This document shows positions 9,005 through 16,980 of a stretch of 30,045 bases of DNA, piece after piece. Numbering within the stretch: the first letter of the stretch is position 1; the number at the start of each line of letters is the position of its first letter. Made by a program: the position numbers and the translations under genes. Under the pieces are notes generated by a model. The model did not search any database and was not told the DNA's origin. It saw only the letters and a list, made by a program, of their open reading frames with translations. Origin of the DNA: a virus; IMG/VR virus record IMGVR_UViG_3300031420_000498, one strand, 5' to 3'.

Positions 9005-9091
9005 AGAGCGTTAGAGCATCTGAGACCAGGTCCCCGCCGGTGAATGACAACCCGGCGAGGGACCTGTTCCAATTGGAGAACCTTCTCGGCT

Positions 9092-9382
9092 TCAGTCTGC
9101 CTCTCGCTCGCTCGAGAGATAGCTCAGCGTCGACTCATCGGCAGCCTTGCCGGCAGCCTGTGCATCGCTGCTCTTGATCCCCCAGCCGCTCGCCCGGCTC
9201 TTGGGTGCCCTTCTGATCTCCTGAGTGTAGACTTCCCACCAGCCGTTGTAGGCTCGGACCAGAGTCTCTTCTCCGAGATCTTCAGCGGCAAGGGCCTCCC
9301 TGAGCTTCTCCGAAGCGTTGTTCTGCTTCGCCAGGACCTGCGCTCGCCAGAGCTTAGCCTCTGCGATGATGTCACGGGTCAT
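9092..9382 (-). CDS. Hypothetical protein (only convincing minus-strand gene)
   Basis: AGGAAGGA RBS on the minus strand; fills a gap that has no good + strand ORF. Confidence 0.65.
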   Translation of the reverse strand: MTRDIIAEAKLWRAQVLAKQNNASEKLREALAAEDLGEETLVRAYNGWWEVYTQEIRRAPKSRASGWGIKSSDAQAAGKAADESTLSYLSSEREAD

Positions 9383-9490
9383 CTTGGACTTCCTTCCTGA
9401 GCCTTAGAAAAGACCACTCGAAGTCCATGGTACATGGATCGAACCCCGTGATCGCCCTGGAGCATTTCCTGTAGAGACCTCCGAGGGCAG

Positions 9491-9518
9491 TTGACAGGAT
9501 CGTTCGGTGGTGTAGTGT
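9491..9518 (+). promoter_or_regulatory. sigA-type promoter, leaderless mRNA
   Basis: TTGACA-16nt-TAGTGT; ATG at 9526. Confidence 0.65.
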
Positions 9519-9525
9519 TGGACCT

Positions 9526-9795
9526 ATGAACACCAACTCGACTGTCCACCACACCGCAGCCTCCCCGATCTACAAGAACACCCAGAAGGTCGGCAACTTC
9601 GCCGCCTACGCCTTCTGGTTCTGCATCCCGAACCTCCTCGTGGGCTTCGTCGGCATCGTCCTGACCATGGACGCGCCTGCAGTCCTCCACAACTTCGTCG
9701 GCCAGTTCTTCGCCAGCGTGGTCGTGGCCATGATCCTCTCGGTGGCCACCATGAAGGTCTCCTACGATCTCCTCAAGAAGATGCGCAGGATCTGA
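9526..9795 (+). CDS. Small membrane protein, 2 TM
   Basis: Two hydrophobic helices and a basic C-terminus; followed by hairpin 9810-9840. Confidence 0.8.
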   Translation: MNTNSTVHHTAASPIYKNTQKVGNFAAYAFWFCIPNLLVGFVGIVLTMDAPAVLHNFVGQFFASVVVAMILSVATMKVSYDLLKKMRRI

Positions 9796-10376
9796 CCATC
9801 CCGCTTAGAGGGCCCTCCCTGGACATCCGGGCGAGGGCCTTCTTCCATTGGGCTGCAAGTGTGACCGGGGAGCAGACAGCACGGCCAATCAGCAGACAGC
9901 AGGATCAGATCTGAGCGCCGACTACCCCATTCGTGCAGAACGACTCATCCACACCTTCAGGCTCCCTCAGGCTGTCTCCTAGAGCCTTCGAACGGAGTCG
10001 ATGCGTAGGCTCAGCTCACTTCCTCAGTGGCCGTTCAGGCTACCTCCAGCTATCTCAGTCCGATGCTACTACTTCGACGCTCACTACATCTGTAGATAGG
10101 TAGCTAGAGTCATACACTCTAGAGATTTGCTCCCCTGCTTTGCTGAACAAGTGCTATGATCTATGCCGTGTGTGTTTTTCGAGCTCGTCGCCACTTCTCC
10201 GACTCCGGGCTAACTCAACGATCGACCGCTGATACCCGAAATTTCGGTCTCATTTGGTCGCTACTTCTGAGGTACCCAGTCGCTACTCGGCCGCCGCTTT
10301 CTGCTCTAGTGCGCCAGGCGTGCGGCCATAGCGCGATAGTAGGCTAAGAACGAGCCGGCTACAGAGGGGATACACC

Positions 10377-10802
10377 GTGCGTCTCACTAAGATCGTGGCC
10401 ATCCTTGTGGGGATCATCGTTCTCCTGGGGCTGGGCTTCTCCCTGGCGATGAACGCCCAGGCTAAACCCACGATCTGGGGTCTCATCGGCGCTCCGAAGA
10501 TCGCCAGCACTGAGAATCTAGTCGAGAAGTCCAGCGATGTGAGCTATCCCTGGAAGGCCTACTCTGGAGACACGGCCATCGGCCTTCTACCCTGCGGTGA
10601 TCTCACTCCAGATCAGCCCGAAGATGAGCGCTACGGCGAGTGGTGCTCGGACGACGGCAAGGTGAAGCTCACTCGGACCAAGGAGTCTACGGTGCTCAAC
10701 TACGATGGCACCAACTTTGCCTACGGCTGTAGCGCCGGAAGCTCCCTCCCCGGTGCTCTCCCCGAATGCTCCATCGATCCCTGGGGTAGCTTCTTCCGCT
10801 GA
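10377..10802 (+). CDS. Exported protein with 4-Cys domain
   Basis: GAGGGG RBS, GTG start, N-terminal hydrophobic signal; Cys spacing like 8585-9004. Confidence 0.75.
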   Translation: MRLTKIVAILVGIIVLLGLGFSLAMNAQAKPTIWGLIGAPKIASTENLVEKSSDVSYPWKAYSGDTAIGLLPCGDLTPDQPEDERYGEWCSDDGKVKLTRTKESTVLNYDGTNFAYGCSAGSSLPGALPECSIDPWGSFFR

Positions 10803-10855
10803 TCCTCCAGTGCTTAAACCATTGCGCTCAGCTGAAAACCATGTAGGTTGAACCC

Positions 10856-11359
10856 ATGAACGATTCCGTAGCATGGCCGCCGGCTCACCTTCCAGCTGAG
10901 CTCAACGCCATCGCCACAGCAGCTGACCTCATCCGCCAGGAAACCGATCTCCAGTGGAATGGCGGCGCGGGCGTCTGCCTCGGTGTGAGTGCCTATCTGA
11001 GCTACCTCCTCGAGGATCTGGACATCGATCACAGGCTCGCCAACGGTATCTACACGGACGAGCACGGGGAGCACCCCCACTGGTGGATCGAGACCAGCTC
11101 CGGCTGGATCCTCGATGCCTCCCGGGGTCAGTTCGGCCACGGGGATGAGTACCGTTCTGGCGTGGTCGGCCGCTTCGACCGGGCTTACAGCCTGCGCGCA
11201 TCCTGGGAACCCGGCCACGGCACCATCGAACTCGTCGAGGCAGAGCTCCAGCGCTCCTTCAGCGACCAGGGCGAGGCCTTCGACTACCTCGACCTCTGCG
11301 AGAACATCTGGGCTGAGGTCGGAGACATGGTGACCCGAGGCATCGTTTCCGTCGGCTAA
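10856..11359 (+). CDS. Transglutaminase/papain-like Cys-His-Asp protein
   Basis: GVCLGVS (Cys at a helix start), HPHWWIE, WILDASRGQF; leaderless after TTGCGC-16nt-TAGGTT. Confidence 0.7.
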   Translation: MNDSVAWPPAHLPAELNAIATAADLIRQETDLQWNGGAGVCLGVSAYLSYLLEDLDIDHRLANGIYTDEHGEHPHWWIETSSGWILDASRGQFGHGDEYRSGVVGRFDRAYSLRASWEPGHGTIELVEAELQRSFSDQGEAFDYLDLCENIWAEVGDMVTRGIVSVG

Positions 11360-11388
11360 GGAAGATCAGGACTCCAAGCCCGAAGCTG

Positions 11389-11416
11389 TTGACAGCCTCG
11401 GGTGTCCATGTAGGAT
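11389..11416 (+). promoter_or_regulatory. sigA-type promoter with a palindrome centred on -35
   Basis: TTGACA-16nt-TAGGAT; inverted repeat 11378-11403; ATG at 11424. Confidence 0.7.
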
Positions 11417-11423
11417 GGGAACC

Positions 11424-11816
11424 ATGAACGCCATCGCTACCGCCTCTGCCCTGGACTTCTCCGAGCTCCAGCTCGAAGCGAAGCTCGTCGCCCGGGACTT
11501 CACCGGGCTCAAGGGTTTCAACATCCACGACTTTCATCACGAGACCAATCTCCGCACGGTGACCGGCTGGGAGCTCACGCTCCAGGACGAGAGCATCGAA
11601 GGAGATGGCTCGTACATGTTCCTGCGCTTCGCCCTGACCGTGGAGTTCAGCCGGGGCCGGGCTGGCATCTGGGATACCACCGCGGTGCTCTGGATCAGCG
11701 AGAACGAGGGCTTCGTGGAGCTCGGCGAGATCCCCGGCGACGAGGGCATGGCCTACCGGATGGACCCCAAGGACTTCGAATCGCTCTTCCGGAAGCTCAA
11801 CATCAAGCAGCACTGA
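11424..11816 (+). CDS. Hypothetical protein
   Basis: Leaderless start; codon bias. Confidence 0.8.
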   Translation: MNAIATASALDFSELQLEAKLVARDFTGLKGFNIHDFHHETNLRTVTGWELTLQDESIEGDGSYMFLRFALTVEFSRGRAGIWDTTAVLWISENEGFVELGEIPGDEGMAYRMDPKDFESLFRKLNIKQH

Positions 11817-11830
11817 AAGGTACTAGAATC

Positions 11831-12193
11831 ATGGCAACTGACCTACATCTCGCCCGGGCTCGAGCTCGAGTCGCCCTGGCGAAGCTCAGTGGAAAGACCG
11901 ATCTTCCGGATCGCACCCTGAAGCTCGCTGAAAGGGACTACACCCCCTCGCCGACCGCACTTCAGACTGTGGATCAGGTCCTCGGTGAGCCCGAGAACTC
12001 CCTCCACGGCTACATCGCCGACGCCTTCACGGTGCTCGCTGAGGAGCTCGCAGAGGCCAGGAGGGCTCAGACTCGTATCATGGAGCTCGTCTCCGATGCG
12101 GGCAACTGGGACAACCCCACTGACACCCTGGAGCACATCGGTGACACCATCAACTCGGAACAGTACCCGGTCTGGGAGCGCTACGAGGGCTGA
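11831..12193 (+). CDS. Hypothetical helical protein
   Basis: GAAAGG RBS. Confidence 0.75.
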   Translation: MATDLHLARARARVALAKLSGKTDLPDRTLKLAERDYTPSPTALQTVDQVLGEPENSLHGYIADAFTVLAEELAEARRAQTRIMELVSDAGNWDNPTDTLEHIGDTINSEQYPVWERYEG

Positions 12194-12237
12194 GAGCAGT
12201 TCGCTTTCAGTTCCCCACCAAAGCTAAGGAGAATCAC

Positions 12238-12576
12238 ATGAAGGACTTCGACATCTCGAAGCTCGACCCTTCGAAGTTCGATCCCTCAAAGATCGATCTC
12301 GATCCGACCAAGCCTCTAACCTGGGTCCTGGCAGCAGCTGTTCTCATCGTACTCCTCGTCCTCACGACCATCGTCGTGATCGCAGTGCAGATCACGCGCT
12401 CGATCCTTGAGCGCCGCGGCCAGCGAAAGGCCATGGAGAGAGCAGAGGCTCGGAACCTCGAGCGTCAGAGCGAGCCCCTTGCTGCGCCACTCGAGGGTTC
12501 CCTGGCCGCAAGCAAGCTCAATCTTCCCGACTCTTCCAAGCCGACGGTCTGGCCCCTGGAGCCGATCGGATCCTGA
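12238..12576 (+). CDS. Single-pass membrane protein with N-terminal (F/L)DxSK repeats
   Basis: AAGGAG RBS; FDISKLDPSKFDPSKIDLDPTK followed by a long hydrophobic helix. Confidence 0.8.
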   Translation: MKDFDISKLDPSKFDPSKIDLDPTKPLTWVLAAAVLIVLLVLTTIVVIAVQITRSILERRGQRKAMERAEARNLERQSEPLAAPLEGSLAASKLNLPDSSKPTVWPLEPIGS

Positions 12577-12765
12577 GTAGGCACTGGGCTGTGGTACTCT
12601 GGTCCATGTACGGGGACCTACAGCCCGTAGCCGCCTGCCTAGTCCGAGAGGGTTCGGCAGGTAGTAGACTCACCTATCCGACACGCCGGCAAAGAGAGTG
12701 ACCGCAGCAGTAGTGCGGTCAAATCGATAGAGTTGCCGACGACAACCAGTTCTAAGGAGAACACC

Positions 12766-12984
12766 TTGCCACTCTCATCCCTCATCATCGTCATCGTCTG
12801 CGGTCTCGTCGCAGTCGGTGGAATCATCGTGCTCGTGATTCGCAACAGGAAGCCCAAGGGTCCCGCAACTCCGATCCGTCCTGCTGCAACTCCCCGCGCC
12901 GGTGGTCAGGCTGGTCCTGCTCGTAGGAACTACGGAGCCGCTGGTACCGACACTCAGCCCACGAGGCGCAACCGCGAGAGCTGA
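12766..12984 (+). CDS. Small single-pass membrane protein with basic tail
   Basis: AAGGAG RBS before the in-frame TTG at 12766; TM helix then Pro/Arg-rich tail. Confidence 0.7.
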   Translation: MPLSSLIIVIVCGLVAVGGIIVLVIRNRKPKGPATPIRPAATPRAGGQAGPARRNYGAAGTDTQPTRRNRES

Positions 12985-13148
12985 TTAGGCTCCGGAGGCT
13001 GTGAGCACAGTCCCCGGATCGCCTGCTCCTAGCTGCACCGCAGACTGCCAGCAGCAACGGCAGAGGGCCAGAGCACCTTGGGCCTATTCGACGCCGGTCT
13101 ATACCCATCTTCCAGTCGTGTAGATGAGCATGGCCTCCGGTATACGGC

Positions 13149-13189
13149 AAGCGGCGACAGATCTTCGGATCCGTCGCCGCTTTGTCGTT
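13149..13189 (+). terminator. Terminator-like hairpin with cUUCGg loop
   Basis: AAGCGGCGACAGATC-TTCG-GATCCGTCGCCGCTT followed by TGTCGTT. Confidence 0.6.
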
Positions 13190-13252
13190 GGGACAGCAGT
13201 CAGATGTTAGAGTCGATCTAGCCCACGAGGGACAGAAGAGAGCTGAACACGG

Positions 13253-13717
13253 ATGGCCCAAGAGATGAGTCGAACCGAAAGGCTCCTAGCGAGCCGGAAG
13301 GAGCGCCGCAGAAAGCGCTGGAGCAGGCTCCAGGGCGTGCTCATCCTTCTTCTTGTGATCGTCCTTCCTACGGCGGTTTTCGGCGTAGTTCCTTGGGCCA
13401 TGGGCACCTACGACAGCAGCCATCACCACACCATCGAATGCTCTGTCACCAAGGTCTATGCTGAATCGACTTCGACTCGCTCTGGCAGGGGTGTAGGAGC
13501 CTCGGGTCGTCAGATAGTCTTCGCCACGAGCGACTGTGGAGGTCACATCCTTCTCACCAATGGAGTCTACTGGGACAATGTGAAGGAGCTCGCCGCCTCA
13601 CTGAAGCCAGGTCGCTACGAGTTCACTGTCGGAGACTCCGAGTGGAAACTCGCTCCGATCTACAAGGTCTTCAGGGTCTCCCCATCGGCCCAGAAGTACA
13701 GCTACCTGGGCCTCTGA
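13253..13717 (+). CDS. Membrane-anchored exported protein
   Basis: Basic N-terminus, one TM helix, beta-rich 2-Cys domain. Confidence 0.75.
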   Translation: MAQEMSRTERLLASRKERRRKRWSRLQGVLILLLVIVLPTAVFGVVPWAMGTYDSSHHHTIECSVTKVYAESTSTRSGRGVGASGRQIVFATSDCGGHILLTNGVYWDNVKELAASLKPGRYEFTVGDSEWKLAPIYKVFRVSPSAQKYSYLGL

Positions 13718-13803
13718 TCCAACAGCTATGCGGAGCTGAGACCCTTGGCCTGTGGCTTTGGTAACTTTACCAAGGGCCTCGACACGCCGATCTCCTACTC
13801 GAG

Positions 13804-13833
13804 TTGCGCCTTTTGCTGATGCTGTGATAGAGT
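13804..13833 (+). promoter_or_regulatory. Promoter of sRNA copy 1
   Basis: TTGCGC-18nt-TAGAGT with extended TGn; ends 5 nt before the RNA motif. Confidence 0.7.
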
Positions 13834-13838
13834 GTTCT

Positions 13839-13900
13839 TGCAGGCACCTTGAGGTGGCTACTTTTATTTGGAAAACGATCGCTGTCTCGCCTTCCCTGCA
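13839..13900 (+). ncRNA. Putative ROT/TROVE-associated structured small RNA, copy 1 (stand-alone)
   Basis: TGCAGG/CCTGCA outer stem, GAGGTGGC/GCTGTCTC inner stem; own promoter and terminator; near-duplicate at 14107. Confidence 0.7.
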
Positions 13901-13907
13901 CTTGAAC

Positions 13908-13950
13908 GCCCCGGACTCAGACCATCGAGTCCGGGGCTTCTCCCATTTTC
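13908..13950 (+). terminator. Intrinsic terminator after sRNA copy 1
   Basis: GCCCCGGACTC-8nt-GAGTCCGGGGC perfect 11-bp stem followed by TTCTCCCATTTTC. Confidence 0.75.
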
Positions 13951-13968
13951 GGGTAGCTGGGGTCTCTC

Positions 13969-14045
13969 ATCAACCCAGGAGGGTTGATAGCGGCTAAATC
14001 AACCCAGGAGCGTTGATAGTCTGAGATCAATCTCCTAGCATTGAT
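13969..14045. repeat. Three tandem ATCAA-N10-TTGAT inverted repeats
   Basis: Copies at 13969, 13998 and 14026 (periods 29 and 28 nt). Confidence 0.85.
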
Positions 14046-14069
14046 TCGGCCGTAGTCGGCGATTCCCCA

Positions 14070-14099
14070 TTGACAGCTGCCTGCATCCCATGTTAGGGT
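14070..14099 (+). promoter_or_regulatory. Promoter of RNA copy 2 and the ROT-TerD gene
   Basis: TTGACA-18nt-TAGGGT with extended TGn. Confidence 0.75.
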
Positions 14100-14106
14100 G
14101 GATTCT

Positions 14107-14167
14107 GTCAGGCCCCTTGAGGTGGCTACTCACTCCTTATTGAACCCGCCGTCTCGCCTTTCCTGAC
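14107..14167 (+). ncRNA. Putative structured RNA, copy 2 (5' leader of the ROT-TerD gene)
   Basis: GTCAGG/CCTGAC outer stem, GAGGTGGC/GCCGTCTC inner stem; compensatory changes relative to copy 1. Confidence 0.7.
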
Positions 14168-14200
14168 CTTAGCTTTTTACCCGAAGGGAAACACCACCAC

Positions 14201-16345
14201 ATGGCTACCATTTCAGCCGCCCTCCGTCAGTCCGCTCTCCGTCGCGGCATCCTCGTCGAGAACTTCTCCGGGAACAGCCCCGCCAGTGAGGTCGTGCGCT
14301 ACGCCGCCGTCCTCGAGCTCGCCAACCTGGGCTTCCTCGTGCAGCCCGGTGACCTCAACGGCTTCTCGGCGGGCGCTTTGAGCTCCGCCATCGACAGCGC
14401 CCGCAAGATCATCGGCGCCGATCGGGACATGACCCCGATCTACCCGGGCTTCCCGAAGCAGGTCGAGGAGCTCTCCACGCTGCAGCTCCTCATGGAGCAG
14501 ATCCTCCACTACTGGACTGCAGGCGCCTTCCTTCCGAACCACCCCGCAGAGGTCCGCGAGGGGCTGCCGCTGGAGGACATGCTGCGCAGTGGCCGGAAGC
14601 TCCAGCTCCTGTCCGCGGATGTCGCCCTGGAGCGACTCCTCAGCGAGCTCGTCAAGGCTCCCGTTGCGCTCTCCTCGGATGACCGGGAGCTCCTCACCGA
14701 GCTCACCAAGGCGGTCTACGGCGAGAACTTCCACCGGACCATCAGTACCTCTGACCTCGTGCGCAGCTCCACCAACGGTGAGAACATCCAGGTCTTCGCC
14801 GAGGCACTCCGGGATCATGCCAGCACGCTTGTCCACAGCCGGGATGACTACTTCTCTGCGCTGACCTTCGGTGTCCGCAACAGCGATCACCTCCTGCGGC
14901 TGATCCTGTCCTTCTACGGCGCTCCCGCAGCAGACCGCTGGGTCGAGAACTACGAGCTCGCCGTGGGCACTCTGGCCGACCGGCACTTCCGGGCAGTTCG
15001 TTTCTCGAGCGTTCCTCGCTACCAGCGTCAGCTCATCGTGGACGCCCTGGGTAAGCTCACCGAGGGTTACCGGGCCGACCGGCTCGTGACCCGTCAGAAC
15101 CTCTGGCGCCGCGTCTTCAAGGGCCTCCACCCCTACGACCTGAAGCTCACGGTTGAGTCGAAGCGGGCTCTGGACATCGTCCACAGCAACATCGACTACC
15201 GGACCCTGAACTCGACCATCGAGCAGGCCCTGGAGGACCGGAAGGTCTCCGAGGCCGTAGAGCTCCTCGCTGAGCACCAGCCGGGTAATCTCCTCCGGCG
15301 CCTCGTGGCCATCCTTCGGCTCACCAAGAAGAAGGCAGACGCCAAGGTCCTCGCGAAGCGAGTTGCTGAGGTCGGCTCCAGGGCTACGCTCTCCACGCTG
15401 ATCTCCTCCTACAACGGCGTCCTCGGCGCCAACGATGAGCACGCTCGGGTGAACCGGGTTGCGGGGCTCAACAACACGATGCTCGATCGAGGTGCCGTCG
15501 AGAAGATCGACGCGAACTTCCAGGCTGAGGTCCTCGAGGCTCTGGACCAGGCAATCATCGCTGCCCTCAAGGCAAAGGGAGCTCCTGTTGCGCCCGTAGG
15601 TGTCCTGGGAGACGCATCTGTGCCCCTGGTTCGCCGGGATGCTGCGAGCTCGGATCGAATCCTCGACCGGGGCGCTGAGCTCGGCCTCGTGGGTGAGGGC
15701 GATGTGCTCCGGCTCTTCGGCCACTGGAACAACAACATGGACCAGGGAAGCTACATGGACATCGGAGCCGTCGTCCTCGACGAGGACTTCAACGAGATCT
15801 CCGTGAGCACCTGGAACTCCTGGAACTACGCCCGGAACTGGAGCACCTACTCCGGCGACAAGCTGGTCTACCCCGGAGACTCGGCAGCTGAGTTCGTGGA
15901 TGTGAAGATCGAGGCGCTCAAGCAGAACCTCAAGGGTGCTCGCTGGGTAGCCATGACCGTGCAGTCCTGGGCCGGTTGGCCCATGGCAGATGTGGACTTC
16001 ATCGCTGGAGCCATGCTCCGGCAGAAGGCCGGCGATCAGAAGGGTGAGGTCTTTGACGCTCGCTCCGTGACCACCGCCTTCAAGCCCACCACGAAGTCCA
16101 CGCAGTCCGTGCCCTTCGCCGTGAACCTGGAGACGGGTAAGATCGTCTGGCTCGACTCTTCCAACGGTTCCACGGGTTCGGGTAACTCTGCCTCCAACGA
16201 TGGCACTGTCGGCTCCATCGTCTACGACGAGGCTGCCCGGCCGAAGCTCTCCATGGGGCGCCTCGCCGAGCTCTGGGCCTCCGCCCACGGTGTCGAGACG
16301 GTTCAGGAGCCCGTAGACCGAGACGCAATCCTCGGACTTCTGTAG
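14201..16345 (+). CDS. ROT/TROVE-like helical protein with C-terminal TerD-like domain (Prok-RING_4-type architecture, no RING)
   Basis: TPIYPGFPKQV...QILHYWT; PGNLLRRLVAILR; TerD-like LRLFGHW...MDIGAVVLDEDF...YSGD...AAEFVDV...RWVAMTVQSW; no Cys-rich insert. Confidence 0.8.
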   Translation: MATISAALRQSALRRGILVENFSGNSPASEVVRYAAVLELANLGFLVQPGDLNGFSAGALSSAIDSARKIIGADRDMTPIYPGFPKQVEELSTLQLLMEQILHYWTAGAFLPNHPAEVREGLPLEDMLRSGRKLQLLSADVALERLLSELVKAPVALSSDDRELLTELTKAVYGENFHRTISTSDLVRSSTNGENIQVFAEALRDHASTLVHSRDDYFSALTFGVRNSDHLLRLILSFYGAPAADRWVENYELAVGTLADRHFRAVRFSSVPRYQRQLIVDALGKLTEGYRADRLVTRQNLWRRVFKGLHPYDLKLTVESKRALDIVHSNIDYRTLNSTIEQALEDRKVSEAVELLAEHQPGNLLRRLVAILRLTKKKADAKVLAKRVAEVGSRATLSTLISSYNGVLGANDEHARVNRVAGLNNTMLDRGAVEKIDANFQAEVLEALDQAIIAALKAKGAPVAPVGVLGDASVPLVRRDAASSDRILDRGAELGLVGEGDVLRLFGHWNNNMDQGSYMDIGAVVLDEDFNEISVSTWNSWNYARNWSTYSGDKLVYPGDSAAEFVDVKIEALKQNLKGARWVAMTVQSWAGWPMADVDFIAGAMLRQKAGDQKGEVFDARSVTTAFKPTTKSTQSVPFAVNLETGKIVWLDSSNGSTGSGNSASNDGTVGSIVYDEAARPKLSMGRLAELWASAHGVETVQEPVDRDAILGLL

Positions 16346-16349
16346 GATC

Positions 16350-16386
16350 AGGCCGGCGGCAAACTGAAGTCAGCTGCCGCCGGCCT
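16350..16386 (+). terminator. GC-rich hairpin after the ROT-TerD gene
   Basis: AGGCCGGCGGCA...TGCCGCCGGCCT 12-bp stem. Confidence 0.6.
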
Positions 16387-16398
16387 CACAGTCCTACC

Positions 16399-16980
16399 AT
16401 GGCCATCACCGAAGACCTAGGGAAAGCTACCACTATGACCGTTCGACAGTCACTGCGCTTCAGCACCGTTCTCGGGGATTGGTCCGACGATGGCCACGGA
16501 AAGACTCGTACGGTCGAGGTCGAGGTCTTCACTGATGACGACTCCGTGGAGCTCACAGCTGATCTCATCCAGGAGAACTACGCTGCCAACGCTGCCAGGC
16601 TCGGCTTCAGCCTCGGTGCGCTATGGGAGGAATACGAGCAGTCCTCGATCTTCGCAGCGCATGCTCAGGCAATTCAGCGGGAGCTCGGCGCGCTCTACTA
16701 TGGGGACAGCTCCCTCATCGCGAAGCACCCAGATGTGGCTATCTTCAACATCGAAGAGCTCCCCAAGGGTACGAAGTTCGGCTTCGGTGCATTCCATCTT
16801 CAAGAAGGGTGGAACGGCGACTTTGCCCTCGACGAGGAGCTCAATCTGGTGCTCTTCATCATCCTGCAGGGAATTGCGAGAGTCGGCTGGAAGAAAGTCG
16901 ATCCTGCGCCTCTCCTCTTTGGCGGTTACAGCGCTCTCGTGGAGCCCCGTCAACATGTGGGCTACGGGCTGTTCTACTGA
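16399..16980 (+). CDS. Hypothetical protein (GDWSDDGHG...GYGLF)
   Basis: Best ORF in this interval; the start could be slightly downstream. Confidence 0.7.
   Translation: MAITEDLGKATTMTVRQSLRFSTVLGDWSDDGHGKTRTVEVEVFTDDDSVELTADLIQENYAANAARLGFSLGALWEEYEQSSIFAAHAQAIQRELGALYYGDSSLIAKHPDVAIFNIEELPKGTKFGFGAFHLQEGWNGDFALDEELNLVLFIILQGIARVGWKKVDPAPLLFGGYSALVEPRQHVGYGLFY

Noticed and set aside
9430-9500. tRNA on the minus strand (GGTTCGATCC T-loop-like word)
   Set aside because: The T-stem does not pair and no cloverleaf can be built
9526-9795. Holin or lysis cassette
   Set aside because: The two-TM topology fits, but there is no adjacent endolysin or any virion gene in the window
10856-11359. Lasso-peptide or other RiPP cluster
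   Set aside because: No cyclase, RRE protein or precursor peptide nearby
12606-12701. 31-codon leaderless ORF after TGGTACTCT
   Set aside because: Atypical codon usage and no -35 box; too little support
13752-13997. 81-aa ORF over RNA copy 1
   Set aside because: Poor codon bias and no RBS; it runs through a promoter and a terminator
13969-14045. Mini CRISPR array
   Set aside because: Units are about 20 nt separated by only 8-9 nt, with no unique spacers of CRISPR length and no cas genes
13839-14167. Canonical Y RNA/YrlA or a known riboswitch
   Set aside because: No GUCCGA/UUGAC Ro site, no tRNA-like D/T arms, and no riboswitch consensus that I recognise; kept as an unclassified RNA
14213-16288. 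691-aa minus-strand ORF
   Set aside because: Antisense shadow of the high-GC3 ROT-TerD gene; no motifs, RBS or promoter. The same applies to most long minus-strand ORFs in the track.
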